DNA of 64,000 nt from assembly GCA_963753165.1 (NCBI GenBank), contig CAVWBP010000011.1, forward strand, positions 7,860-71,859, given 5' to 3'. Positions 9,925-20,932 of this stretch are shown piece after piece; within the stretch, counting starts at the first letter, position 1; every line of letters begins with the position of its first letter. The notes under the pieces were generated by a model. The model saw only the letters and a program-made list of their open reading frames with translations. It made no database searches and was not told where the DNA came from. Both the position numbers and the translations under genes were made by a program. This DNA is from Thermodesulfovibrionales bacterium (GTDB taxonomy: Bacteria > Nitrospirota > Thermodesulfovibrionia > Thermodesulfovibrionales > SM23-35).

Positions 9925-11751
9925 ATGTGCGGAATTATCGGATATATCGGCTCCAGAAATGCGGTTTCCGTTGTGCTCGAAGGGTTGAAGCGGCTCGAGT
10001 ACCGGGGATATGATTCGGCAGGGGTCGCCTTTTTTACTGATGCCCGTATCGAGGTGAGGAGGAGCAAGGGAAAGATCCATGAGCTTGCTTCGCTCATCGA
10101 ACCGGAAAATCCACAGAGCACTATCACCATTGGACATACGAGATGGGCAACCCATGGAAGACCGTCAAACGAAAATGCGCATCCTCACCGCTCTGACGGC
10201 ATTGTGCTTGTGCATAACGGCATCATAGAAAACTATCTTTCCCTGAAACAGCAGCTTACCGGGGACGGATATCACTTCACTTCCGAGACGGATACCGAAG
10301 TGCTCTGTCATCTTATTGCGAAACACGCAAAGTCGCTCCCCTTCGAAGATGCGGTGAGAAAAGCGCTCACGGAAGTAAAGGGGACCTATGCAATTGCGGT
10401 TATGAAGGAGGACGATCCGGACAGGATTATCGCCGTCAGGAAGGACAGCCCCCTCGTGGTCGGACTGGGGGAGGGAGAATCGTTCGTTGCGTCCGACATC
10501 CCGGCCTTCCTCAATTATTCCCGTACGGTTATTTTTCTCGACAACGAAGAGATGGCGGTCCTGAGCAGGAGCGGGGTGACGGTGACCGGGCTCGACGGCA
10601 GGGTGAGAGAGAAGGAGACAACTGTCATATCGTGGAGTCCGTCTATGGCGGAAAAAGGCGGCTACCGTCATTTCATGCTCAAGGAGATTTACGAACAACC
10701 CAGAGCAATTGCGGATACCCTGAGGGGGAGGTTCAATGCAGAAAGCGGCGAGGTGTACCTCACTGAATTCGGTCTCAGGAGAGAAGATCTCGAAGCAGTG
10801 AAGAAAATATATATTGTTGCCTGCGGCACCTCCTATCATGCGGGACTTATCGGCAAGTATATGATCGAGAATCTTGCGAGGGTACCCGTTGAAGTGGACA
10901 TCGCCTCGGAATTTCGTTACCGGAACCCTCTCGTCGGCCCGCAGGACCTCATGATTGTCATCACACAGTCAGGCGAGACCGCGGATACCCTGGCAGCCCA
11001 GCGAGAGGCAAAAAGACTCGGGGCGAAAGTGCTCACTATCTGCAATGTGCTGGGAAGCACTTCATCAAGAGAAGCCGATGCGGTATTCTATACCCATTCC
11101 GGCCCTGAAATCGGGGTCGCGTCGACTAAGGCCTTCACCACACAGCTTGTCGGGCTCTACCTTTTCACGCTTGCCCTCAGCGGCATACAGCGCTCCTTAC
11201 CGGCAGACACCGGGAAAAAACTGTTAAAAGAACTCCTGCTGCTCCCCGGGAAAGTGGAGAGCGCCCTGTCCACTGACAGGCAGGTCAGTATGATCGCAAA
11301 GGAATTCTTCAAGGCACGGGGGTTCCTCTATCTCGGCAGAGGGATGAACTATCCTGTGGCCCTTGAAGGCGCGCTGAAATTAAAAGAGATATCGTATATA
11401 CACGCCGAGGGATATCCCGCAGGAGAAATGAAACACGGACCCATAGCGCTTATTGATGAAGAGCTGCCGGTAGTGGTGCTCGCTCCGAAGGATTCCCTGT
11501 ATGAAAAAATACTCTCCAACATCGAGGAGGTAAAGAGCAGGGGGGGGAAGATCATCGTAATTACCAATGATACGGACAATGAGGTATGCAGGGTTTCTGA
11601 TCAGTGCATCATGATGCCTGAGACGAATCCCTATCTCATGACAATACTGCTTGCAGTCCCGGTACAACTGCTTGCCTATCACATCGGGTTATTGCGCGGG
11701 TGTGATGTGGACCAGCCCAGGAACCTGGCGAAGAGTGTTACTGTTGAGTAG
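9925..11751 (+). CDS. glmS: Glutamine-fructose-6-phosphate transaminase
   Basis: MCGIIG, LEYRGYDSAG, GHTRWATHG, PRNLAKSVTVE. Confidence 0.98.
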   Translation: MCGIIGYIGSRNAVSVVLEGLKRLEYRGYDSAGVAFFTDARIEVRRSKGKIHELASLIEPENPQSTITIGHTRWATHGRPSNENAHPHRSDGIVLVHNGIIENYLSLKQQLTGDGYHFTSETDTEVLCHLIAKHAKSLPFEDAVRKALTEVKGTYAIAVMKEDDPDRIIAVRKDSPLVVGLGEGESFVASDIPAFLNYSRTVIFLDNEEMAVLSRSGVTVTGLDGRVREKETTVISWSPSMAEKGGYRHFMLKEIYEQPRAIADTLRGRFNAESGEVYLTEFGLRREDLEAVKKIYIVACGTSYHAGLIGKYMIENLARVPVEVDIASEFRYRNPLVGPQDLMIVITQSGETADTLAAQREAKRLGAKVLTICNVLGSTSSREADAVFYTHSGPEIGVASTKAFTTQLVGLYLFTLALSGIQRSLPADTGKKLLKELLLLPGKVESALSTDRQVSMIAKEFFKARGFLYLGRGMNYPVALEGALKLKEISYIHAEGYPAGEMKHGPIALIDEELPVVVLAPKDSLYEKILSNIEEVKSRGGKIIVITNDTDNEVCRVSDQCIMMPETNPYLMTILLAVPVQLLAYHIGLLRGCDVDQPRNLAKSVTVE

Positions 11752-11888
11752 GAAGCAAGCCGTCCCCGGATTCCTGAGGGACTGCAGAAAGAAAAACAGG
11801 AAAGCTGCAAGCCGGGAGGACGTCAGTGATGGACGCGGCATGGATTTAATTTACGGGAATCTGTTAACATGAAAGATCAAAGGAGAGA

Positions 11889-13985
11889 GTGATGCATGAT
11901 TTAAATCCCCAGCAAAAAGAAGCCCTCAGGCATAGTTCCGGCCCGTTGCTTGTCTTTGCCGGAGCCGGAAGCGGCAAGACGAAAGTCATTGCCCACAAGT
12001 ATTCTTATCTCCTCAAGACCAAAAAACTGCGTCCCGACTCCATCTTCACGGTCACCTTCACCAATAAGGCAGCAGACGAAATGAAAGAGAGAATCACCGC
12101 GCTGCTTGAAAAGGATATGCACTCTGCATGGATCGGCACCTTCCATTCCCAGTGCAACCGGATTCTCCGTCAGGAAATCCATTCGCTCGACTATAAGAAT
12201 AATTTTTCCATCTATGACGAGGACGACCGGTGCAACCTTGTAAGACATATCCTGAAGGACTTTAAGATTTATGAAGCCCTCTATAAGGGCATCGTATCGA
12301 GGATCAGTTACCTGAAGGCATCTCTCATCAACCCAGAGGAGTTCCTTTCAACCGGAGACGGGTTTGGCTTTGACGAAAAACTTGCGAAGGTATATGTGAG
12401 GTACCAGGACGAATTAAAGAGAAGCAACGCCCTCGATTTTGATGACCTTATCATGGTAACGGTAAATCTTTTCCAGCAGAACCAGAAGCTTCTGGAGAAG
12501 TATCAGAAAAAGTTCTCGTACATCCTCGTAGACGAATTTCAGGATACCAACTTTGCCCAGTATCAGCTGCTCAAACTCCTTGCCTCCGGACATAAGAAGA
12601 TATGCGTCGTGGGTGACGATGATCAGAGTATCTATAAATTCAGAGGGGCGAATGTTAATAATATCCTGAATTTTGAGAAGGACTTCCCCGGAGCAAAGCT
12701 CATAAAACTGGAACAGAATTACCGTTCAACAGAGCATATCCTCAAGGTTTCATCGGCGGTCATTGCGAGGAACCTGAAGAGGAAGAACAAACGCCTCTGG
12801 ACGAAGAACGGGAAGGGAGAGAAGGTCCACTACAGCTGGCTGAATACGTATGATGATGAAGCGAAATATATCGCAAAAATTATTAAAGAACACTATCTCA
12901 AAGGCATATACGCATACAGGGATTTCGGAGTATTCTACCGGGTGAACCTTCAGTCCCGCGTGATCGAGGATGCGCTGCGCAACGAGGGATTGCCATACCG
13001 TGTTGTCGGGAGCATCAGTTTCTATAAGAGGAAAGAGATCAAGGATATCGCCGCCTATATGCGGCTTGCCCTGAATCATGGCGATAACGTGAGCTTCAGG
13101 AGGATCATCAATGTTCCGCCCCGAGGCATCGGCGCGGCAGCCCTTTCCAAGATAGAACTCGAGGGAAAGAAGAAGTCCCTCCCCCTGTTTGACGCGATGA
13201 AGTCTTTGCTGCGCGGCGACCACTTCGCCTCTTCCGTGAAGGAGAAACTCACCGGTTTTGTCAAAAAGATCGAGCATTTCTCATCTGCAAAATACAAGAC
13301 CCCGGCGGACATGATAAAAAACATCTTTGAGAAGACAGGGTATAAAGAGACGCTGGCAGAGGAACGGGTCAAGCATGTGGAAGAACTTATCGCATCTGCA
13401 GAAGGGAAAGATATTAATGAGTTCCTGAACAGAATATCCCTTGTCACCCAGATGGATGAAGCAAGGAACGGCGATTGTGTATCGCTCATGACCCTGCACA
13501 ATGCCAAAGGCCTTGAATTCCCAATCGTGTTTATCTCCGGACTCGAAGAAGGGGTGTTGCCTTACTGCAAAGCGCTCGACAGGGAGGACGAGGTAGCCGA
13601 AGAGCGGAGACTGTTATACGTCGGCATGACAAGGGCGAAGGAGGTCCTCTGGCTTACCGGTGCAAGCAAGCGGAAGCTGTATGCGAAAATACAGAACCAG
13701 GAACCTTCCCGGTTCCTGAAAGATATCCCGAAAGAATGCTGCCACCTGATAGAAAAAATAACGGGACAGCGGGTAATCAAAGTTGAACCGCTGAAGAAGA
13801 AGAACGCTTCCCAGGAGACATTCACCCTTTATACCGCGGGATGCAGGGTAAAACATCCCTCCTGGGGCATCGGCGTGGTGCGTGACTGCTACGGCGACGG
13901 CGATGACATTAAGGTAATGGTGAATTTCCCGAACATCGGGGTGAAGAGGCTCGCGGTGAGGTTCGCTAACCTTGAGAAGATATAA
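11889..13985 (+). CDS. pcrA: UvrD/PcrA family DNA helicase
   Basis: AGAGSGKT, TFTNKAA, VDEFQDTN, LEQNYRS, TLHNAKGLEF, EERRLLYVGMTRA, C-terminal Tudor-like domain. Confidence 0.93.
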   Translation: MMHDLNPQQKEALRHSSGPLLVFAGAGSGKTKVIAHKYSYLLKTKKLRPDSIFTVTFTNKAADEMKERITALLEKDMHSAWIGTFHSQCNRILRQEIHSLDYKNNFSIYDEDDRCNLVRHILKDFKIYEALYKGIVSRISYLKASLINPEEFLSTGDGFGFDEKLAKVYVRYQDELKRSNALDFDDLIMVTVNLFQQNQKLLEKYQKKFSYILVDEFQDTNFAQYQLLKLLASGHKKICVVGDDDQSIYKFRGANVNNILNFEKDFPGAKLIKLEQNYRSTEHILKVSSAVIARNLKRKNKRLWTKNGKGEKVHYSWLNTYDDEAKYIAKIIKEHYLKGIYAYRDFGVFYRVNLQSRVIEDALRNEGLPYRVVGSISFYKRKEIKDIAAYMRLALNHGDNVSFRRIINVPPRGIGAAALSKIELEGKKKSLPLFDAMKSLLRGDHFASSVKEKLTGFVKKIEHFSSAKYKTPADMIKNIFEKTGYKETLAEERVKHVEELIASAEGKDINEFLNRISLVTQMDEARNGDCVSLMTLHNAKGLEFPIVFISGLEEGVLPYCKALDREDEVAEERRLLYVGMTRAKEVLWLTGASKRKLYAKIQNQEPSRFLKDIPKECCHLIEKITGQRVIKVEPLKKKNASQETFTLYTAGCRVKHPSWGIGVVRDCYGDGDDIKVMVNFPNIGVKRLAVRFANLEKI

Positions 13986-13994
13986 GGGATTCCT

Positions 13995-14282
13995 GTGAAG
14001 ATCTCGAGGGAAGAAATCGAACATATTGCGGTGCTCGCGCGGCTTTCTCTGTCTGAAGAGGAAAAAGAAGTCTTCGGCCCACAGTTGAGCAGCATCCTCG
14101 ACTATATAGAAAAGCTCAATGAACTGGACACCAAGGATACCGAACCCACGTCTCATGTGCTTTTGCTCAACAATGTTGTGCGTGATGATATCCCGCGGGA
14201 TTCACTGCCCCGCGAAGAAGCTCTCAAAAATGCTCCGGCTCATACCGACAAATTCTACAGGGTGCCCAAAATCATCGAGTGA
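13995..14282 (+). CDS. gatC: Asp/Glu-tRNA amidotransferase subunit C
   Basis: ISREEIEHIAVLARL...PTSH...VRDD...YRVPKIIE. Confidence 0.95.
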   Translation: MKISREEIEHIAVLARLSLSEEEKEVFGPQLSSILDYIEKLNELDTKDTEPTSHVLLLNNVVRDDIPRDSLPREEALKNAPAHTDKFYRVPKIIE

Positions 14283-14383
14283 TAGAGATCAAAGTCCGCT
14301 TCAGAATATAACTTCTCTTCTATCCACGGGAAGGATTTTTGAGCGCAAAACCTATTTTCTAAAAAACCGGGAAATGTATCCGG

Positions 14384-14491
14384 TTATTTTTTCTTATGCG
14401 ATGCGCAGAATTTTGATTTCCCTGCTGCCTTGTTCTTGCACGCTTTTCCTGCCTTGGTTTTTGCTGCGCATTTTGCTTTTCCTGTTGTCAT
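14384..14491 (-). CDS. 35-aa basic C3H zinc-finger-like microprotein
   Basis: MTTGKAKCAAKTKAGKACKNKAAGKSKFCASHKKK, translated by hand; RBS AAGGAGG upstream of ATG; C-x9-C-x10-C-x2-H spacing. Confidence 0.7.
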   Translation of the reverse strand: MTTGKAKCAAKTKAGKACKNKAAGKSKFCASHKKK

Positions 14492-14646
14492 GTTGCCTCC
14501 TTATAATATATTGATGCTTCCACTATAGCACAAATCATCGCGGAAACCTAATCCTGTTTGTTCGGAGAAGAAAAAAATATTATCAGGGCAGACATTCGTA
14601 GCACTGTTCGAACTCATTCGGCTTTTCCCTTCTGATCATCCTCCTG

Positions 14647-15576
14647 CTACATATTCAGGGTAGCATCAATTATTTCTTGCAGTTTTTGAGGAGATAGTCT
14701 GCTGCCTGTATCGCGTGGAGATCCCCCGACTGTATCGCTACCACCCCACCTATTACTATCACTCACAATTTGGGATTCCTCTTCATTCAGTCTCGCGTAT
14801 AACTTTTCGAGATTAAATGATGTCCATACAGACCTTCTCCCTAAAGTATACACATATGACCCATCTGATTTTTCTGCCACTAAGGCAGCAAAGGCTGTGA
14901 TCCCATCATTATACATAGCCATTCTTGAGGCTGGCCCCGTTTCCTTCGTGAAAGTCCAGCCGGCCCCGCCTCCGATTGATTCATAGTTGCCTTTAAGGGA
15001 AAGCTCTTTGCTTTCATCCAGAAAATAACGGTCAATTCTGGCTTCGACAGATTCAATGATCCCTCTCATGTCCGCTTCTTCCATCTCCGCAACTCTGCCA
15101 TCAAAACGTGCTTCATGGTAAGGTTGAAAAATCCAGGCCATTTTTCTTCTCATTGAAGTATCGCCAAAAGGGTACGCTCCTGCTGTGCTATCCAGTCTGT
15201 CTTCGCAGTATACGAGTCGATTAATCCGGGGATCCGAATATTTTCTCACGCGGTCATTATTCTTTAATAACCACCAGGCAAGACAGGTATCCTCATCCGG
15301 GTCATTCACATAAATATGCGCTTCCGGAACCCCATCTTTTCTGAAGGTATCGAACAACCCCAGCTTGATTTCCAGGTGAACTTGTTCGGAAGTAGAACGT
15401 GTTGCCAGTCTGTCAGCCTTGGAATGATGATCAAAATTAGCATAGGGTCCTTTAGGATCTCTCTTCGTGGTAGCATTCACAAATCCGTCCAAGGCAATAG
15501 AATATGGCGGTTTCTTTCTTTTAAAAACAGACCAACTGTAGACTTTTCGGGGCTCTATATTCAGATCAATTTGCAT
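14647..15576 (-). CDS. Hypothetical protein with a DHH-like motif
   Basis: 309-aa ORF with ALDG, NFDHH, DPDED and C-terminal WGGS...GGSPR motifs reminiscent of DHH-superfamily phosphoesterases. Confidence 0.6.
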   Translation of the reverse strand: MQIDLNIEPRKVYSWSVFKRKKPPYSIALDGFVNATTKRDPKGPYANFDHHSKADRLATRSTSEQVHLEIKLGLFDTFRKDGVPEAHIYVNDPDEDTCLAWWLLKNNDRVRKYSDPRINRLVYCEDRLDSTAGAYPFGDTSMRRKMAWIFQPYHEARFDGRVAEMEEADMRGIIESVEARIDRYFLDESKELSLKGNYESIGGGAGWTFTKETGPASRMAMYNDGITAFAALVAEKSDGSYVYTLGRRSVWTSFNLEKLYARLNEEESQIVSDSNRWGGSDTVGGSPRDTGSRLSPQKLQEIIDATLNM

Positions 15577-16150
15577 AATAAATTACTAGAGCAACGAATT
15601 ATCTTTTTTCTTCTTCACGCAGTTTATGAAGAAGTCGGGGACACTGAAGCTTTCATTCCCAAAATGCATAAGAACATCTTCCCTTTCATTCCGGCATTTT
15701 ATTGTTATTCAACGTTGCAATTATTTCGATGGAATCCGCTTTCAATCATTATATCAAAAGTTGACAGCTTGTCGATTCTTTGATAGGCTCTCAAATAATA
15801 ATCACGTTTTATGAGAAGGGGGGGATGAGATTTTATTTCACCCATTTACAAAAGAAAAATTCTTTTGATCCATCAGCTTTTAAGTTATATCCTTTTTTTC
15901 AGTTGAAAAACTGTCTCCATTCTTATCGGTAAAATAATTCTCCGTCAGACAAAAATAATTTTCAGTAGCGGCTTTGCATTTCGTAAACTGCTGAAAATAG
16001 TCTTTGAGAAATAAGTAGAATAATAATGAGCATAGTCCTTAAGCTATTGCAGAACCGTATATCTCGGTTTCTCTCGCTGCTGAAGCAGGTCTTTTATTGG
16101 ATATTTGCAGTTCAGAGGATCTAAATTCTGAGTTGACAGGAGGGTATAAG

Positions 16151-17461
16151 ATGGCGGAACACAGTCCTTTACTGCCTCTGGCACAGAAGTATTTCGAACA
16201 AGACATTGTCGGAGCCACGCATAGTCTTGAAATGATGGATGAAAATGATGCGATAGAGGTGCTTAAGGTGCTGCCCATACCCCTCATCGTACGTGCCATG
16301 AAGCATTTACAGGTAAGCTATGCTGCCAGTTTGCTTGCAAATGCTGATCCTGAGCTTTTCAAGTCAATAGTATCCTCACTCGAACCGCAGTTTGCCACAA
16401 CAATCTTTATGCATCTTCCCGAAGACACTCGCAGAAGCTTGATTCAACATGTCCCTGATAAGTTAAAGGAACAGTTCCGGGAGGTTCTTACCTATCCTGA
16501 AGACAGCATCGGTCGACTTATGTCCACTGACTTTCTCTCGTTCAATAAAGATATCCAGGTTGGCAAGGTGGTTGAGAAAATACGTGCATTAACTAAAAGA
16601 AGATACCCTTCGTCCTACGCGTATGTCATCGATGATGAAGAACATCTTGTGGGCGTAATAAATATGCGGGACTTAATGCTCGCAACACCAAAGGATTCCC
16701 TCGAGTCCGTTATGCGCAAAGATGTTTTCTCTCTTCATTGCTTTGTCGACAGAGAGGAAGCTGCAAACGAACTTTCTAAAAGACGCTACTTTGCTGCCCC
16801 TGTGGTGGATAGCCAGAATCATATTTTAGGGATTATTAAAGCCGAGCAATTGCTTCAGGGAATACAGGAAGAAGTGACTGAAGATCTTCAAAGAATGTTT
16901 GGCGCAGGGGGTGACGAAAGAACTTTCTCTCCTGTAAGCTTCTCACTGAAACAACGCCTTCCATGGCTTCATGTAAACCTGGCTACTGCATTTCTTGCAG
17001 CGGCTGTGGTGGCAATGTTTGAGGATGTTATTGCAAAGATTACAATACTTGCGGTATTTCTTCCGGTAGTTGCGGGTCAGGGCGGGAACGCAGGAGCACA
17101 GTCTCTCGCTGTGGTAATGCGGGGTTTAGTCATGAGAGAAATACCGAGAGAGAAAGTGCGCCGGCTTCTTATAAAAGAGGGGGGCATTGGAGTAATCAAT
17201 GGAATAGTCATTGGTGCTGTCACGGCACTTGTTGCATGGGTATGGCATGGAAACCCCTATCTCAGTCTTGTAATTGGTTTGGGCATGTTGGTAAATCTGA
17301 TTGTAGCGGGAATATGCGGTTCCTCGATTCCTATTTTGATGAAAGCCGTAGGACTGGATCCGGCTCAATGCTCAAGCATTATTTTGACGACCCTGACAGA
17401 TGTAATGGGATTCTTTGCTTTTTTGGGATTTGCGGTATTATTTCAGAACTATCTTGTGTAA
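16151..17461 (+). CDS. mgtE: MgtE magnesium transporter
   Basis: YPEDSIGRLM, CBS pair, RLPWL, GGNAGAQ, GLDPA...TTLTDVMG. Confidence 0.93.
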   Translation: MAEHSPLLPLAQKYFEQDIVGATHSLEMMDENDAIEVLKVLPIPLIVRAMKHLQVSYAASLLANADPELFKSIVSSLEPQFATTIFMHLPEDTRRSLIQHVPDKLKEQFREVLTYPEDSIGRLMSTDFLSFNKDIQVGKVVEKIRALTKRRYPSSYAYVIDDEEHLVGVINMRDLMLATPKDSLESVMRKDVFSLHCFVDREEAANELSKRRYFAAPVVDSQNHILGIIKAEQLLQGIQEEVTEDLQRMFGAGGDERTFSPVSFSLKQRLPWLHVNLATAFLAAAVVAMFEDVIAKITILAVFLPVVAGQGGNAGAQSLAVVMRGLVMREIPREKVRRLLIKEGGIGVINGIVIGAVTALVAWVWHGNPYLSLVIGLGMLVNLIVAGICGSSIPILMKAVGLDPAQCSSIILTTLTDVMGFFAFLGFAVLFQNYLV

Positions 17462-17514
17462 CGCTGGATCCCTACGGGAAGTACCGCAATCTTGTATACT
17501 TATATAAATAAGCA

Positions 17515-17607
17515 ATGGATATCAACAAGTCAGTGCAGTTGGCATTTCAATACTATCAAGCAGGAGACTTCCCGCAGGCAAAAAATCTGAGGGGAATAGT
17601 CTCTTAA
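17515..17607 (+). pseudogene. N-terminal stub of a TPR protein
   Basis: MDINKSVQLAFQYYQAGDFPQAKNL resembles a first TPR helix pair and stops after 30 aa. Confidence 0.4.
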
Positions 17608-17608
17608 T

Positions 17609-18455
17609 ATGGCAAAAAAACGGTTAGGACAGCATTTTCTCTCTGATCCTTCCATTCTGAAAAGGATCGTGGAAGCAGCGAGGCTTGAACCCGAAGACCT
17701 CGTCGTGGAGATCGGTCCCGGACCGGGCAGACTTACCCGGATACTTGCCGGAACAGTGAGGAGGGTAATTGCCATCGAACTCGATGATGCCTTATACAGG
17801 GCATTACGGGATGAGTATGCTCAGGAGGAAAATGTCGAAGTCGTCTATGGGGATGCGCTTGAATATCCGTACGAAGACCTCCCCGAATTCAAGGTCGTTG
17901 CGAATATCCCGTACTATATTACGACGCCGATCATCTTCAGGCTTCTTGAAAAGAATTCAGCATATCTGAATATGCCAAAAGGGGTTCAGGACATTCCTCT
18001 TTCAGGAAAAGAGGGAATTCCGGATTTTCGCACAAACAGACTCAAGTCCATGACCCTTACCGTCCAGAAAGAAGTTGCCGAGAGAATCGTCGCCAGGCCC
18101 GGCGGGAAAGATTACGGAGTGCTTTCGATCATGGTCCAATACCTGGGAGACCCCGAATTAAAATTTGTTATTCCCAGACAGGCATTCAGACCTGTTCCCA
18201 AAGTTGATTCTGCGGTCATATATATCAGAATACGTGAACATCCCGCGGTGAATGTCCGGGACGAAGGGCAGTTCTTCAGGATTGTCAGGACCGCTTTTTC
18301 ACAGAGGAGAAAGATGCTCTCCAATTCACTGAAAAAGTTTCGGGGGAAATGTGAAGGAATGGCTCGACAGAGCGGAAATCGAAGGGGTCAGGAGACCCGA
18401 GACCTTGAGTATCGGAGATTTTGCCCGGCTTGCGGATACTTTTGAAATATCATGA
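17609..18455 (+). CDS. rsmA: 16S rRNA dimethyladenosine transferase (frameshift near 18340, likely sequencing error)
   Basis: KKRLGQHFL, EIGPGPG, VANIPYYIT, QKEVAERI, FRPVPKVDS; the expected tail RRPETLSIGDFARLA is in a shifted frame ending at 18455. Confidence 0.93.
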
Positions 18456-20337
18456 ATTTTTCGATTCCTGTATTATCTTCTCTATAGCAGTTTTTTCGAG
18501 GACTTCTTCTTTTATAAGGGCGTTTGCCAGGGCGTCGAGGACATTCCTTTCCCGTGAGAGTATCTCCTGTGCCTTTTTCTCTGCATCGATGAATGAGTTC
18601 CCTGATTTCCTGATCCATAAGCCAGGCCATTTCTTCACTGTACCGTTTCGGTTGCGCGAGTTCTCTGCCGAGAAAAGGATGCTCTTCGCCTCTCCCCAGA
18701 TTGACCGGACCGACCTTGTCGCTCATTCCCCACTGGGCCACCATCTTCTCGGCCAGGGCGGTTGCTTCCTTGAGGTCGTTCTGTGCGCCGCTGCTCATAT
18801 CATTGAACACGATCTGCTCGGCGACCCTTCCGGCAAGTCCGACACTCAGCCGGTTCATCAGGTACGTTTTCGGATAATAGTGTCTGTCTTCCTGCGGGAG
18901 AAGCTGTGTTACTCCCATGGCCATCCCCCTCGGTATGATGCTTACCTTATGAATCGGGTCCGTGCCCGGCAGGTTCCATGCAACCAGGGTATGGCCTGCC
19001 TCGTGATATGCAGTGATCTGTTTCTCGGCCTCGCTTATGGTCTCCTCCCTCACCGCACCCATGAGGGTCACATCGCGCGCCTCCTCAAAGTCGCTCATCT
19101 CTATCTTTTCCTTGCCCTTTCTCACGGCTATGAGCGCGGCTTCATTCGCAATATTTTCGAGATCAGCTCCGGTCATTCCGGGCGTGCCCCGTGCGATCTT
19201 TTCAAAATCCAGACCCTCTGCAACGATTTTCCCCCGGGTATGCACTTCGAGGATCGCCTTGCGTTCTTTCAACCCCGGCCTGTCGATAACGATATGCCTG
19301 TCAAACCGTCCCGGCCTGAGAAGCGCGGGGTCAAGCACATCCGGTCTGTTGGTCGCCGCAAGAACGATCACTTCTTCATGGGACTCGAACCCGTCCATTT
19401 CACTCAGGAGCTGGTTGAGGGTCTGCTCGCGTTCATCATGACCGCCTCCAAAGCCTGCGCCGCGCGTTCTGCCCACTGCATCGATTTCGTCAATAAAGAT
19501 AATGCTCGGCTGGGAATCCTTCGCTTTCTTGAACATATCCCGTACCCGTGAGGCGCCGACCCCGACGAACATCTCGATGAATTCCGACGCGCTGATACTG
19601 TAAAAGGGCACGCCTGCCTCACCTGCCGTGGCCCGGGCGAGCAGGGTTTTCCCTGTCCCGGGAGGTCCGACCAGAAGCACCCCCCTGGGAATTTTCGCGC
19701 CGAGCTTTTTGAATCTGGAAGGGTCTTTCAGAAATTCGACCGTCTCCCTGAGACCATTTTTTACATTTTCCATTCCAGCCACATCTTTAAATGTGATGTT
19801 TATCTTTTTTGCATCAAAAAGTTTTGCCTTGCTAGCGCCAAACGTGAACAGACCACCCGCGCCTCCCTGCACCTGCTGCGCCCGTTTCATAATCAGAATC
19901 CATACTCCTATAATCAGCACCCACGGCAAAACTCCGATGAGGAGCTGCCAGAGGAATGATCCCTTTTCCGAAGGTTCGACGGAAATCGCCACGTTCTTTT
20001 CACGGAGTTGTGCGAGCAGGCCTTCCCCCTGAAAAGAGGGGAGGAACGTCTGGAATTTTTTAGCTGAGACCGGTGCTTTTTCACCGGGAAGATGGAGAAA
20101 GATTTCCTTTGTAAATTCGCCGCTTACCTGCAGCTCTCTTATTAACACGGATTGTACGTTCCCGTCCTGGAGCTGCTGCAGGAATTGACTGTAGCTGATC
20201 GTGTGCAGGTCGGACCTGCCTGTTGCATAAAATTGGCCCCATAAATAGAAAAAGAGAAGGAGGACAAAAGCTGCGATGATCACCCTCCACTGGGGGTTTT
20301 TCATCTTGTCCGCTATGGTGGGTTTTTCCTCAGACAT
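18450..20337 (-). CDS. ftsH: ATP-dependent zinc metalloprotease (frameshift near 18590)
   Basis: Two TM helices, [27 protein letters not shown]; tail [14 protein letters not shown] in a shifted frame. Confidence 0.95.
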
Positions 20338-20473
20338 TCTTACATTGTAACGGAATCAGGGCAAAAAACATAGCGGGAAGCCACGGAGGAATACAGGGAA
20401 TATATGCAAAAAGTTGACTCTATTGCGGCAACCTGTTAAAGTTTTAGTAATACCCGTCACGAAAGGAGACGCC

Positions 20474-20815
20474 ATGGACGATGACTATAAGAAGATAGCC
20501 GCAGCATTTTTAGTGGGCGGAGCCGTCGGAGCCTTGTTTGCACTTCTCTATGCCCCGAAGTCCGGAAGAGAGACGAGGAAGGATATTGCAAGGACAGCAC
20601 GGAAGATAAAGAAGGAAACGGTCCATTTAGTCGAAGATACAATCGACAGCGTGAACGATTTCACTGTAGATGTGAAGGACAAGGTTTCGGAGCTTATAGA
20701 CCAAGGCGTGGAGCTCTCCAGTGGCGCAAAGAAAGAGGTTATCAGAAACCTTGATCACGGTCAGAAAGTTATTGAAAAACAAAAGAAAAGAATCATTGAA
20801 GCCCTCGGGCTTTAA
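20474..20815 (+). CDS. YtxH-domain protein
   Basis: FLVGGAVGALFALLYAPKSGRETR; RBS AAAGGAG. Confidence 0.88.
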   Translation: MDDDYKKIAAAFLVGGAVGALFALLYAPKSGRETRKDIARTARKIKKETVHLVEDTIDSVNDFTVDVKDKVSELIDQGVELSSGAKKEVIRNLDHGQKVIEKQKKRIIEALGL

Positions 20816-20841
20816 GACCAGCCGGTAGTATTTTTTTCAGA

Positions 20842-20882
20842 GGCAGAGGGAAATACCCCAGTATTTCCCTCTGCCGTTTTTC
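20842..20882 (+). terminator. Rho-independent terminator
   Basis: Perfect 15-bp stem GGCAGAGGGAAATAC / GTATTTCCCTCTGCC followed by a T-run. Confidence 0.85.
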
Positions 20883-20932
20883 TTGCTGCAAACCCTGCAG
20901 CCGCATCAAATAACAGGGAAGGGGAATAACCT

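Noticed and set aside
15800..16150. M-box (ykoK) riboswitch upstream of mgtE
   Set aside because: AT-rich leader without recognisable conserved elements; needs cmscan to exclude fully.
18421..19551. Long antisense ORFs (376 aa opposite ftsH; similar ones opposite glmS, hmcC, hydA)
   Set aside because: Shadow frames of well-conserved genes with no motifs of their own.
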